A stretch of 64,000 bases of DNA from positions 16,368,001 to 16,432,000 of the forward strand of contig OZ024741.1 in assembly GCA_964016885.1 (NCBI GenBank). Direction: 5' to 3'. This document shows positions 23,378-36,143 of this stretch, in pieces (positions within the stretch are counted from its first letter, which is position 1; each line of letters opens with the position of its first letter). This DNA is from Eledone cirrhosa. Its lineage: Eukaryota. The notes below the pieces were generated by a model. The model was not told where the DNA came from, ran no database searches, and saw only the letters and a list, made by a program, of their open reading frames with translations. The translations under genes were made by a program, and so were the position numbers.

Positions 23378-24424
23378 TTTTTAACTCCTTAATCAGGAAG
23401 GCCATCACACCCCTTTTTTTTTCAGGGTTTCCTAGGCTACTGGTAGGAAAGGAGAAAATTATTTCAAAATGGACACCTGGTTTGAATCCTTACAAAAACC
23501 CTTTAGCATTTAAACTGGCCATATCCAGCTAGTATTCTCTCACCTCTTTCTCTTCAAACTGGTCGTAACTGGCCACTCATTCTGATGTTAAGGTATTGTT
23601 CTCAAAATAAATGATATCAAAATCTTGCTATATGTGAGATAAAACCTTTAGTGCAAATATACAATAGTAAATATAGAGTTATGTGAAGGGTAACAGGTTA
23701 ATAGGATGTAAGCTCAGGTCACAGAGGGCTGAAATAAATACTGCAAGGTATTTTTGCCAGTTAACCAAAATAATCCTATGTACGAAGACAACCAAAATAC
23801 TCATGGAATGAGCAAAAGAAGTTTATTTTTCAACATAGTCTCTGGAAAGAATCAATGCAGTTATTAATAAGAAGAGTTGAAATTAATGCATGTAAGATTT
23901 CACAGCTCTAGCATCACCCCCTTCATAGGCTGACCAAGATACTCATGGAATGATCAAATGAAGTTTATTTTTCAATACAATCCTTAGAAAGAAACAATAC
24001 AGTTTTAAATAAAGGTTGAAATTAGTGATTGCAAGATTTCACAGCTGTAGCATCACTCCTTCATAGTCACCCTATGAACTTTTAACCAACCCTTTATCAA
24101 CCGTTACATGGATTCTTGGAGGGCCTACAAAGGGTTATGTGCATGGGGCAATATTCTCTTTACTGATTTATTTTTATACATGGCGAGAGGTGCCAATGAT
24201 TCCATGGAAGGGGTTAGTTTATTTAAAAAGTTTGAGGTCACTGGATCAGCTAGAAATAGCAACCAAATCTTTAAAATCATATCAGAGTCCCATAAAAACA
24301 TACTGTTTATATTGTGTGAGGTAAACTATTGTTGGAGAGAGAGACGATAGGAAAGAATTCCTTTCATCACACATATGAGGGACCGGAGGTGGCCCGGGGT
24401 TAAACTAAAACATTCAATATAAAA

Positions 24425-25400
24425 TTGATTCGCAACGTCGGTGGTTTTCTTTTGTGACAGGGTGTGTCTATTTATACACACATATATATGTATATAGATA
24501 GACAGACAGAGAGAGCGTATGTCTATTTGAGGGTGAGAGAAAGGCCGGAATAAATGTCAGTGCGGTACATTACAATATTCTTACACCGCCCTGCTCCATA
24601 CATCAAACATTTTCTTTGCCTTTCATCCTTACGGGGTCGATAAAATAAAGTACCAGTAATGTACTGGGTAATTTCTGGCCTTGTGCCAATAGTAGAAACA
24701 GTTATTTGTTGACCGCTGGCTGCTGGTCTCTGTTCCCGTGACGCATTTGGCTGTTTTAAAGGCTGTTCTAGCGATGAGTTTTTTCATTTTTATATGTATT
24801 AAAAAATAAAACGTTTAACTCTTCAACGTTATCAATGAGAAAGCTACGAAGGATGGGCATATTTGTTATGCCTTTCTGGCAAATTGAGCGCAATATCCTG
24901 CTAGAGATGGGCTTGTAGTAGTAGTCGTTAAAGTTGATGACACCGATTCTTTTTAGAATGCCGGATATGAGAACCTTGCAAGTTAGAAGTATCAAATATC
25001 ACACTATATGTATTGCATAAATAATTGTTTCTACTTTTGGTACTTTATTTTATCGACCCCGTAAGGATGAAAGGAAAAGTTAACCTCGGCGGAATTTGAA
25101 CTCAGATTATAGTATCTTTGAAATAAAAACAGTAATTGTATGAGAGGAAAGTGTGAGTGCATATGGAGGCGGATTGAAGCGTTGGGTCGAATTTGTTTTC
25201 TTCTTCCTTGATTCGCAACGTCGGTGGTTTTCTTTTGTGACAGGGTGTGTCTATTTATACACACATATATATGTATATAGATAGACAGACAGAGAGAGCG
25301 TATGTCTATTTGAGGGTGAGAGAAAGGCCGGAATAAATGTCAGTGCGGTACATTACAATATTCTTACACCGCCCTGCTCCATACATCAAACATTTTCTTT
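24425..25400 (+). repeat. 193-bp perfect direct repeat (24425-24617 and 25208-25400)
   Basis: Identical copies running from TTGATTCGCAACG to CATTTTCTTT. Confidence 0.95.
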
Positions 25401-26087
25401 CATAGGAAAATTAAAAAAGAATTTTTCAATTTTAAACAACGATAAATCGAACTCCAAATCACCAAGCTACTTCTTAATAGCCTTGATGCTGTAGTATTTT
25501 TGAAGAGTAATTGAGCAATGAAGCTGTTTATTAATTATTATTTATTCTACACAGACAAACTCGGTATGATCGAAACCTCGGACGACGACGAAGAAGAAAT
25601 TTAACAACGAAGACAACTTTGGAAATCCCCTCTTACTTTTGGTCTGTGCCCTCTCATCTCTCTCTCATTATATATATATACACACACACATACACATATG
25701 TGTATATATCTTTGTTACGGGTCTTTCCATTTCCTTGTTAACCCCACCCTTCAGGCCGATTGATAAATGTTTATATATTTGTAACCTTCTCTCCCTCTCT
25801 GATGTATATGAAAAAAAAGAAAGAGAGAGAGAGAGACATTCTAACTGAAGGCCCAATATTTCTCAACAACAACGACACCGTACACACCCGCTTTTTAACC
25901 CTTCCCTCCAAAACAAACTTACTAGTCAAGATTAAAATCAATATAGATATACGAAGGATAACTTAATTCCGAGAGATTCTATCAGAGAGGAATAAAATAT
26001 TTTATATACACATAACATCTGAAAAGGAAAAGGTGGAATATAGTAACTTATCGAGTGTGCCAAATATTGTGAGAGCCTCTTACAAAA

Positions 26088-28634
26088 ATGTCCATTAATC
26101 CAACTGAGATGCAATATCCGAAAGCTGCTAATGAAAGTGATTCCTCGTCTCCGATGGAGGAAACGTTTGCAGAGTTACCGAGGAAACCATCCGACACTCA
26201 TGGAGCCCAGAATCTCACGCCAACTTCAGCTGGATATGACGGTCCTTCAGATGTGATGTTCACAGACGGGAATGACAGAAGCAAACCTTTTCCTCGGTCT
26301 CGGTCTTCGACTGTCAACATGCAGTTTCCAGATGACAATGGTCGCTGTTTGCTAAACGAGAACCGCCAATACCACCATCCATCACAACAGAGCAACCAGT
26401 ATGTCCATCTACTGGACGAAGGAGATGCTGTACTTCAAGCGGTTGTCTTTGTAGAAGATGCTAACACCTATCGTTCCATACACCATAAAGTTGACACAAC
26501 ATCATTGAAGCTCTACCGATTCCACTACTCTAGATTTCTCACCTGTATCAGGTATGTCACCATCATAACGCTTCATGTACTTGCATTTTTCGAATTTCCT
26601 TCCTCATTAAGTTGGACATCTAGTATAAAACAACAGGAGCCAAGGATTGAATTACCCTGTTTGTCCACACAGTCTATTGAATTGATGTGTTTGTTACTTC
26701 TTGCTGCCGATCTTTCAACAATGATCTATGTTATCGGATTCAAACAGTTCCTCGCATCGAAATGGATGATAGCTGATGTGTTTGTGTTGCTTGTCTCATT
26801 TATCGACTGGTCGGTGTCTGTGAGTTTTGTCTGTGTTGAAATAGTTCGTGTTCGCAGAATGCTTCGCCCATTCTTTATTCTACAACATTCGTCCCTCATG
26901 AAGAAAATTGTCAACTGTTTGCGGAGAACTGTTCCGGAGGTATTCAGTATTCTTATTATGCTTGCTTTCCATCTTTATATCTTTAGTCTGCTAGGAATGC
27001 TCATATTTCCTCATCCATCTCAGACTATTGGATGGCAAAACGTCACCAAATCTAACATTACTCAGAATACTACTTTACCAAGTACTAAAGAAGAAAAGAA
27101 ATATTTCCAGACACTCAGTGAAGCTTTTATGAGTATGTTAATTCTACTAACCACTGCAAACAACCCTGACATCATGATGCCAGCTTACAACGAGAACCGT
27201 TTGTATGGTATATACTTTGTGCTCTTCCTTGCTATAGGACTCTACTGCTTCATGAACATGCTAACAGCTGTCATATACAATCAATTTCGTGGATATTTCC
27301 TCAATTCTATGCAATCGAGTCTCTTCCGGCGCCGAGTTGCCATTTTTGCTGCATTCAGTGTTTTAACCCACCAAGACATGACCAGTGAATCTTCCACAGT
27401 TGAGTCAAGTGCTGTAGAAAGGGTGATAGAGATAACAGACCTATCTAAAACTATAAAATCTAAAATGATTCAGAAACTCTCTGTCTATTCTGAGTCATTC
27501 ATAAACTTTGCACAGTTTAAAGATATATTTTCTGTCATTGACCACAACTTTGTGGTTGTAAAAAATCCACCGGCAATTGTCTGGGTTAACAACACTGCCC
27601 TTCAGTTGCTCCAAAAAGTAGTGACACACATATACTTCTTATATTTTGGCATGTTTCTTGCTTGTTTAAATGTAATCTTACTAACTGTACAACTGAATGT
27701 TCAGTATGAAAAGTCTATGGCATCAACACATACATTACTTATGGCTGGTAACTTTATTTTTCTAATGTATTATATGACAGAACAGTTCCTAAAAATATGG
27801 GCAGCCGGTATTAGACGGTATTTCTTCTTTAGAGCTTGTCAATTTGAGTGTGGAGTTACAGTGGTTCTTATCATAGTTGAGATAGTTACATTTGTTTTAT
27901 ATGGCATGCCATTTTCGAAAGATGACAACTACATCGTAGAAGTAACATCCTTACGGAATTTAATCCGTTTCTCCAATATTCTTATAATCATACGCTTAAT
28001 TCGTATTATCCCATTGATAAAAACACTGGCATTGGTGGCGAGTACCTTGCTGGATCTTGTACAGAATTTGAAAGCCTTTGCAGGAATCCTTGTTGTTATT
28101 TTTTATAGCTACGCTCTTCTAGGAATGGAACTGTTTCAAGGTGTCATTACTTACACTCCAGAGATCGTAAACAACACTGAATCCACCCTTCTCTCCCCAG
28201 AGCCCCAACTAGATGCAGCTTCAAAGCTTCATACTAAATGTGGCTCGTATCAACAACTAGAGTACTGGGCTAATAACTTTGATGACTTTGCTTCTTCTAT
28301 AATAGTCCTGTGGGATATTATGGTTGTCAACAATTGGCAAGTATTCCTTTCAGCCTATGGATCAGTAACTTCAAAATTTTCCTATTTGTATTTTGTATTT
28401 TGGTGGTTGTTTTCCGTTGTTATTGTACTCAATTTATTGACGGCACTCATTTTGGAGAACTTCATCATGAAGTGGGACAGACTCGGTCTTGGCATGAGGG
28501 ACCGAGCTGAATCACTAGAAGAGACAACTGAATTACTCTCTTTACATGCAATGTTTCGACATTCACTTGAGGAACCCAATGAACAAGATTTACTAATGGA
28601 ACTTCGCAGCCATTCCTATATCAGCTTAAATTAA
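26088..28634 (+). CDS. TPCN2: Two-pore channel 2, single-exon ORF of 848 aa
   Basis: Two 6-TM repeats; pore I LLTTANNPDIM and pore II CGSYQQLEYWANNFDDF...VVNNW are TPC2 signatures; S4-I RVRRMLRPFF; uninterrupted ATG to TAA. Confidence 0.95.
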   Translation: MSINPTEMQYPKAANESDSSSPMEETFAELPRKPSDTHGAQNLTPTSAGYDGPSDVMFTDGNDRSKPFPRSRSSTVNMQFPDDNGRCLLNENRQYHHPSQQSNQYVHLLDEGDAVLQAVVFVEDANTYRSIHHKVDTTSLKLYRFHYSRFLTCIRYVTIITLHVLAFFEFPSSLSWTSSIKQQEPRIELPCLSTQSIELMCLLLLAADLSTMIYVIGFKQFLASKWMIADVFVLLVSFIDWSVSVSFVCVEIVRVRRMLRPFFILQHSSLMKKIVNCLRRTVPEVFSILIMLAFHLYIFSLLGMLIFPHPSQTIGWQNVTKSNITQNTTLPSTKEEKKYFQTLSEAFMSMLILLTTANNPDIMMPAYNENRLYGIYFVLFLAIGLYCFMNMLTAVIYNQFRGYFLNSMQSSLFRRRVAIFAAFSVLTHQDMTSESSTVESSAVERVIEITDLSKTIKSKMIQKLSVYSESFINFAQFKDIFSVIDHNFVVVKNPPAIVWVNNTALQLLQKVVTHIYFLYFGMFLACLNVILLTVQLNVQYEKSMASTHTLLMAGNFIFLMYYMTEQFLKIWAAGIRRYFFFRACQFECGVTVVLIIVEIVTFVLYGMPFSKDDNYIVEVTSLRNLIRFSNILIIIRLIRIIPLIKTLALVASTLLDLVQNLKAFAGILVVIFYSYALLGMELFQGVITYTPEIVNNTESTLLSPEPQLDAASKLHTKCGSYQQLEYWANNFDDFASSIIVLWDIMVVNNWQVFLSAYGSVTSKFSYLYFVFWWLFSVVIVLNLLTALILENFIMKWDRLGLGMRDRAESLEETTELLSLHAMFRHSLEEPNEQDLLMELRSHSYISLN

Positions 28635-28696
28635 CTTTTACTTATTTACAATGCATATATACCTTTTATTGTTATTATTGTTATTATTACTATTAT

Positions 28697-30350
28697 TGGC
28701 CTTGTGCCAAAAGTAGAAACAATTATTATTATTATAGTTATTAGGGTGGTGACATGGCAGAATTGGTAGAGTGCTGGCAAAAATGCTTTGTGGTATTTAG
28801 TTACGACATTCTAAACTTCTGAGTTCAAATCCTGCTGAGGTCAGCTTTGCCTTTCATCCTTATGGGGTCGATAAAATAAAGTACCAGTAATGCACTGGGG
28901 TTGATTTAGTCGGCTTTCTGCTCCCTCCTAAAATTGCTGGCCTTGTGCCTGAATTAGAAACCATTATTATTATAGTTATAGTTATTAAAGGCGGTGGATT
29001 GGCAGTATTGGTAGAGGGTCGGACGCGATGCTTTGACGTATAGAGTTTCGGCCCTTGCTATTCTGAATTCAAATCCCGCCGAGGTTAACTTTGCCTTTCA
29101 TCCTTACCGGGTCGATAAAATAAAGTACCAGTAATGCACTGGGTAATTGCTGGCCTTGTGCCAAAAGTAGAAACAATTATTATTATAATTATTATTATTA
29201 TTATTAGGGCAATGGATTGGCAGTATCAGCAGAGCGTCGGACATCATGCTTCGTGGCATAGAGTTTCGGTCCATTACGTTCTGAGATCAAATCTCACTGA
29301 GGTTAATTTTGCCTTTCCTCCTTCATGGGATAAATTACTCACATTACTGGCCCTGTGCCAATGCAAGAAAGAATTTTTACTGCAGGGGAGGTGAGGGGGT
29401 GTAGATTGACAGAATTGATAGAGCATTAGATTAAATGCCATTGCAGTTTTCCCTCTTTACATTCTGAATTCAAATCCTGCTGAGATCAACTTTGCCTTCT
29501 TCCTTCTAGGGTCGATAAAATAAAGTACCAGCCAAGTACTGGATTTCAATTAATCATCTTTGCCCTTTCCTTTAAATTTACAGGCCTTGTGCCTAAATTA
29601 GAAATCATTATTATCATGGCAGAGAATTTGCCAAAGAAATGGTGCCTTACTAAAAGGTCTTACAGTGTTTTATTTCATCTTGGCCCCTATATATTTTAGT
29701 TGAAACCCCACTAGTGGGTGATTTTGAAAATCCTTCATCTAGGGTGCTGATAAAATATATTGAAATCAGTTCCATCACACACCTTTCTTTCCCTATTTTA
29801 CAAATTTATGGTATTTTGACATCATCATCATCATTACTGGGGTCAATTTAACTGACTCCTTACTTATAAAATTGATGGCCTTGGACCTAAACTATTATTA
29901 TTATTAGGGCAGTGGATTGGCAGTATCTGTAGAGGGTCGGACGCCATGCTTTGACGCATTGAGTTACAGCCCTTGCCATTCTGAGTTCAAATCCCGCCAA
30001 GGTTAACTTTGCCTTTCATCCTTACGGGGTCAATAAAATAAAGTACCAGTAATACACTGGGTAATTGCTGGCCTTGTGCCAAAAGTAGAAACAATTATTA
30101 ATATTATTATTATACTACCAATCCACGAGGGTGGTGAATTGGTAGTATTGCTAGAGTACCTGACAATGTGCTTTGCAGTATATAGTTACGGCCTTTTACG
30201 TTTTGAGTTCAAATCTCGCCATGGTGAGCTTTGCCTTTCATCCTTACAGGGTTGATAAAATAAAGTCCTAGTAATACACTGGGGTCAATTTAATAGACTT
30301 TCCCCTCCCCCAAAATTGCTGGCCTTTTGCCTAAATCAGAAACCATTAGT
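28697..30350 (+). mobile_element. Head-to-tail stack of ~7 tRNA-derived SINEs with a Nin-like central domain and (ATT)n tails
   Basis: Repeated GTTCAAATCC B box plus GCCTTTCATCCTTACGGGGTCGATAAAATAAAGTACCAG, separated by (ATT)n; the same family occurs at ~5090, 8600-8900, 14000, 24618, 25035 and 60140. Confidence 0.85.
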
Positions 30351-30678
30351 TTTTCTGATTTCTTGATTAATGTCGTATATATACGTGTGTCTATATATAT
30401 GTGTGTGTGTGTGTGTCTCTCTCTCTCTCTATATATATATACACTCATGTTTCGTCTCAATTTTCGAGACAATAATATTTATATATATATATAAAGCGGA
30501 CGTAAAATGATGATGATGATGATGATGATGATATATCTATACACACTCACACAATTTGAAAGAAGTGGTTTTTCCTTTTCTACAAACATACATAAAACCA
30601 GTCAAACATTATCTGAATGAACACAATACATTTTATCAGAGTAAAGGTTTATTTTTCAAACAAAAAATGTAATTGATG

Positions 30679-30713
<35 letters not shown>

Positions 30714-31180
30714 TCATCATCAACATCATCATTTTACGTCCGCTTTTCCCTGCTTGCAAGGGTGGGACGGGAACTGATTCTGGCTTGATTTCTACAGCAG
30801 GATGCCCTTCCTAACACCAACCTCATATACAGTGAGTGCTGGGTGCTTTTTTGCCATGGGGCCTCCAAGACCACTTTGCAGTGGAATGATAGGGACCCCA
30901 GTCCTATCATCTCATTTCTATAGGTGAGTAAACAGGAACAACGTGAAATAAAGTGTCTTGCTCAAGGAAACAACACATCACCCGGTCTGAAAATTGAACT
31001 CACAACCTTTCGATTGCAAGGCCAATGTTCTAACCACTAAGCCATGTGCCTCCATTAAAGAAAATATATATATATATGCAGAGGTTATATTTAATTTGTT
31101 GGGATACAACAAGCTTAAAAATATTTTTATAACTGATATAAAGCACTCAACAAATATATATATATATATATAATATATAT

Positions 31181-31212
<32 letters not shown>

Positions 31213-31257
31213 ATATAGTAATAATAATAAATTTGAAGACTAAAATCCAAAGAGGGC

Positions 31258-31258
<1 letters not shown>

Positions 31259-31288
<30 letters not shown>

Positions 31289-34200
31289 TTTACGTCCGCT
31301 TTTCCCTGCTTGCAAGGGTGGGACGGGTCTTATTCAGCACAGCATCTCTCCACTCGTCACGGTCCCTCGTCATCTCCACCGTGAGCTTCAATGATCTGAG
31401 GTCTGTTCTCACCACCTCCGCCCATGTTTTTCGTGGTCTACCTCTACCACGTCTTCCTTCAACTGGCATTTCCTGGCACTTCTTCACCCATCGGTCATCC
31501 TCCATGCGCATCACATGTCCATACCACCTCAGGCTCCTCTCCCGTACACTACATTCTATCCCTCTCAGACACAGTTTCTCTCTCAACACATTTATGCTGG
31601 GTCGTTCACGCACATTTACACTGCACATCCAACGGAGCATGCTTGCCTCATTTCTCTCCAGCTGTCGCATATCCTCTGCGGTTGCTGCCCATGTCTCACT
31701 ACCATGCAGCATCGCGCTCCTCACACAGGCATCATACAACCGGCCTTTCGTACGCAGGGAGAAACCCTTCTTCGTCAACAGAGGAAGCAGCTCCCTAAAC
31801 TTCTTCCAACCCGTCCTTATTCTAGATACTATGGCCTCGGAACACCCTCCTCCCATGCTAATCTGATCTCCCAGGTACCGGAAGCTATCCACCACTTCTA
31901 TAGCGCCCTCTCGCATTTGAAAAATGTGTCTATCAGTGCGACTTCTACTGTCTAATTTCCCTGTACATCTACTGCATACATATTTCTCCCTACCTGTTAG
32001 TTTGCCTGCTATCCCGCTACATCTCTTGTGTACCCAGGACCTGCATTGTGTGCATTTTATAGAATTTATGCCAGTTCCTTTTCTGCATATCGAACATGGC
32101 CATTTCCCTGACGGAATCAGGGTTTTGTCCTCTTTTCTACTCATCAACACTTTTGTCTTAGCTAGATTTACTCTCAGTCCTCTTGCTTCCAACTGCTGTT
32201 TCCATAGCCGGAATTTATTCTCTAGCTCCTCTACTGATTCTGCTATGAGAGCCAGATCGTCAGCATAGAGAAGTTCCCATGGACAGCCAGTCTTAAACTC
32301 CTCTGTTATGGCTTGGAGGACTATAATGAACAAGAGTGGGCTGAGGACCGAACCCTGATGTACTCCTACTTGTATCTGGAATTCCTCACTAAACTCCATT
32401 CCTACCCTGACTTTACTGAGAGTACCTCTGTACAAAGTTTGCACTGTCCTCACAGCCATTCCTCAACACCTAGCTTCCTTAGGGACCACCAGATGACAGA
32501 TCGGGGTACCCTATCAAAGGCCTTCTCTAGGTCAACAAAGGCTAAGTATAGTGGCTTATTTTTCTCTAAGAACCTCTCTTGGAATTGTCTCACCAAGAAG
32601 AGGGCATCTGTTGTACTCTTCCCAGGCACAAAACCAAACTGCATCTCATCTAGTTTGACCCTTTCTCTAATTAGTTGTGCTAAAATCCTTTCTGCCACTT
32701 TCATAACCTGATCTATCAGTTTTATACCCCTATAATTGCTCCTCTCCAAAGCATCCCCTTTACCTTTGTAGCAATTTATGAGAATACTGCTGCACCAGTC
32801 TTTGGGTATGACACCACCATATATAGCCTGATTGATGATGCGTGCAACCAGTTTAGTGCCTACGTCCCCTGATGCCTTCAGCATCTCAGCAACTATTCCC
32901 GATGGTCCGGCCGCCTTACCATTTTTTATTTCCCTAATCGCCTCTTGGACCCTATATTCGTCAATCTCAATAGCTGGTCCCTCTGTCGGATCTACCAAGG
33001 GTAATTTCTCTCTCTCCCATTCGTTCTCCACATTCATCAGTCTCTCATAATGACATTTCCAGGCCTCCTTTTTCTGGTCATTCGTGACACTAAGTACACC
33101 GGCATCATCCCGGACACATTTATCACCAACAACATCCTGATTTGCATTGACACACTGCCTTGCAATGTGGAACACCGCATGCCTCTGATCTTCCCGTCGC
33201 AGAACATTGGCAAACCTCCTACTCTCTGCCTCCCTGCGTGCTAAGTACACCTGACGTCTAGCTTCTCTCTTAGTGGCTGTATATTCTTCCCTACTCCCAC
33301 CCTTTTTCCAAGCCTTCCATGCTAGTCTTTTGTCTCTAATAGCCTTATCTACTGTGCTGTTCCACCACTAGGTCACTCTCTGTCTGGTTGGAGCTCTGCT
33401 CCAGCCACAGGTTTCATCAGTAGCCTGCAGCAAGTTGTCACGTCAGAACTTCCAGTTATTATCTATGTCATACGTCTCTAAATCGTCTTCTTTTTCGTCA
33501 TATACATCTTGAAGGGCTTTCCTAAATTTGAATTTTAGTGAAAGGTCTTTTAGCTTCCAGACCTTTCTTCTCCACACCTTCCTATATGTCTCATTCCATC
33601 TCTTGCTTACTGAGATATCACTAACAACTAACCTATGCTGTGGGGTACATTCTTCCCCAGGGTATGCCTTGGTATTAGACACTATCTGCCTGTCCCGCTG
33701 CCTAACTAGCAGGAAGTCAATCTGGCTTATGTGCTCACCAGATTTGTAGGTTATTAGGTGATTGGCAGGTTTCTGGAAGTTTGTGTTGCAAATAGTCAAT
33801 GTACTTGCATCACAAAATTCAAGAAGTCTCACTCCTTCTTCATTTCTTGAACCGTAACCGTGCCCACCATGTACCCCAGTGTAACCATCCTGGAGCTGTC
33901 CAACATGACCATTGAAGTCTCCTGCTAGCATAACGATGTCTCCGTCCTCTGTCATTGTGGTTGTTTGCAAAAGTTGCTCATAAAAGCAGTCTTTCTCATC
34001 TTTGCCTAGGCCTGCTTGGGGAGCATAGACCGAGATGATTGTCAGTAGTCTCCTACCTACAACTAATCTAAGCTTAATTATTCGATTACTAACTCGAACT
34101 ACCTCTATTGTCTTATTGATCCATTTCTCAGCCAGGAAAATGCCTACTCCCCCTAACCCATCATCCTTACCTACCCAGAATAGCTTATAGCTAAGACGCT

Positions 34201-34308
34201 TGCCTACGACTAGTCTCGCAGAGGCACCTCTCTATCTCACCTCTTGCACGCAGCACACATCCACCTGCCTTCTCTCCAGCATCTCTGCTATTTCAGCAGA
34301 TCTACCTC
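31259..34308 (-). mobile_element. RTE-clade LINE family A, 5'-truncated, with stop and frameshifts
   Basis: APE (AGDFNGHVG), RT (HQGSVLSP, YADD), PHD-like insert, (ATG)n tail. Confidence 0.96.
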
Positions 34309-34382
34309 CTCGATAAGGATAAATTTATATCAAATATATAAGAACAATAGAGCAATAATAAATATATATATATATATATAAT

Positions 34383-36143
34383 ATCATCATCATCACCGTT
34401 TTACGTCCGTTCTTCCACACTAGCATGGGTTAGACGGGTTGTCCTGTCGTGTGCAGTGTCTGGTCGGCTGACCATGCCTTACTCATACAGGAACTGATCT
34501 GGCTTGATTTCTACAGCTGGATGCCCTTCCTAACACCAACCTCATTTACAGTGAGTGCTGGGTGCTTTTTCGTGGCGCCTACACGTCCACTTTACAGTGT
34601 GGGCTGGGTGCTTTTTTGCCGTGGCACCTCCACGACCACCTTGCGGTGGGGAGTGTGGGGGCATATTGTTTATATGCTTCAGCATGTACCCATGGGAGGT
34701 CGGGTACTCTGTATTACTGCGTGACGCCAGAAGTCACGGTCGTGTGTCATTGTCTTTGAGAGGTGTAATTGGGTAAGGTCGGCTTTTATCACCTCATCCC
34801 AGGTCATCTTGGGTCTCCCCACTCCGCGGTTTCCATCAACTTCTAGTGCTCTGCACCTTTTTATGCAGCTGTCATCCTTCATACGCATCACATGTCCATA
34901 CCAGTGCAACCGCCTCTCCTGCACACAGCATTTGATTCCTCTTATGCTCAGTCTCTCTCTCAATTCATTTATGCTTTGTGGTTCACGTATATTACTGTTA
35001 CACATCCATCGGAGCATGCAGGCTTCGTTTCTCTCTAATCTACGTAAGTCTTCCACCTTCAGCGCCCAGGTCTCACTACCATGCAACATCGCTGTTCAGA
35101 TACACGCATCATACAGTCTGCCTTTCATTCTGAGGGAGAAGCCTTTTGCAGCTAGCAGTGGTAGTAGTTCCCTAAACTTCTTCCATCCCGTTCTTACCCT
35201 AGTTATTGTACTTTCTGAACACCCACCTCCGTTGCTAATTCGGTCACCTAGGTAGCAGAAGCTGTCTACTGTTTCTACAGGGCCCTCCCAGAGATTGGTG
35301 GTACTTGTTTCCTGTGGCTGTTTGCTGCTTGCTGTTTCAGCACAGCTGCTGCATGTGAATCCTACATTCTTAATTAAGCTTCCTGAGATCCCGCTACATC
35401 TCTTGTGTACCCATTGTTTGCATTTGGGGCAGAGAATGGAGTTCCTACCTACACCTTTCCTACATACTGAGCAAGGCCATTTCCCTGAGGGGATCTGGGT
35501 TCTGTTTTCTCGTCTACTTACAAGGCATCCGGTCTTAAATTCCTCCGTTATTGCCTGCAGGACTATGATGAACAGGAGAGGGCTAAGAACAGAGCCCTGG
35601 TGGACCCCAACCTGTACGCTAAATTCCTCGCTATACTCATTGCTAATCCTAACTTTGCTGACTGCTCCCCTATACATGGCTTGTACCGCTTTCACAAGCC
35701 ATTCATCTACTCCTAGTTTTCTAAGAGCCCACCAGATTACAGCACATGGAACTCTGTCAAAGGCTTTCTCAAGGTCGACAAATGCCAAGTAGAGTGGCTT
35801 ACTTTTAGCTAGGTACTTTTCCTGTAATTGCCTCACAAGGAAGAGGGCAGCAGTGGTGCCTCTTCCTGGTACAAACCCAAATTGCATCTCGTCTATATTC
35901 ACCCAGTCCCTAATCAGCTGTGCTATAACTCTTTCTGTTACTTTCATGACCTGGTCCATCAACTTTATACCTCTATAGTTTCCTCTATCTAGTGCATCAC
36001 CTTTGCCTTTGTAGCAGTTGACAATGATGCTACTGCACCAATCTTTTGGTATGGCCCCTTCTAGTATTACCTGGTTAACGATACGTGTGGTTTTAGTGTG
36101 ACCTACAGACCCAGATGCCTTCAGCATCTCGGCAGCTATACCC
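34383..36143 (-). mobile_element. RTE family B, non-inverted 3' half (YADD region deleted)
   Basis: RT from GIAAEMLKASG onward; EFKTGC joined directly to LVSRRENR; 3' UTR module and (ATG)n tail. Confidence 0.93.

Noticed and set aside
23056-23532. 158-aa repeat ORF, or CRISPR-like array
   Set aside because: Translation of a 48-bp minisatellite; no unique spacers; eukaryotic context.
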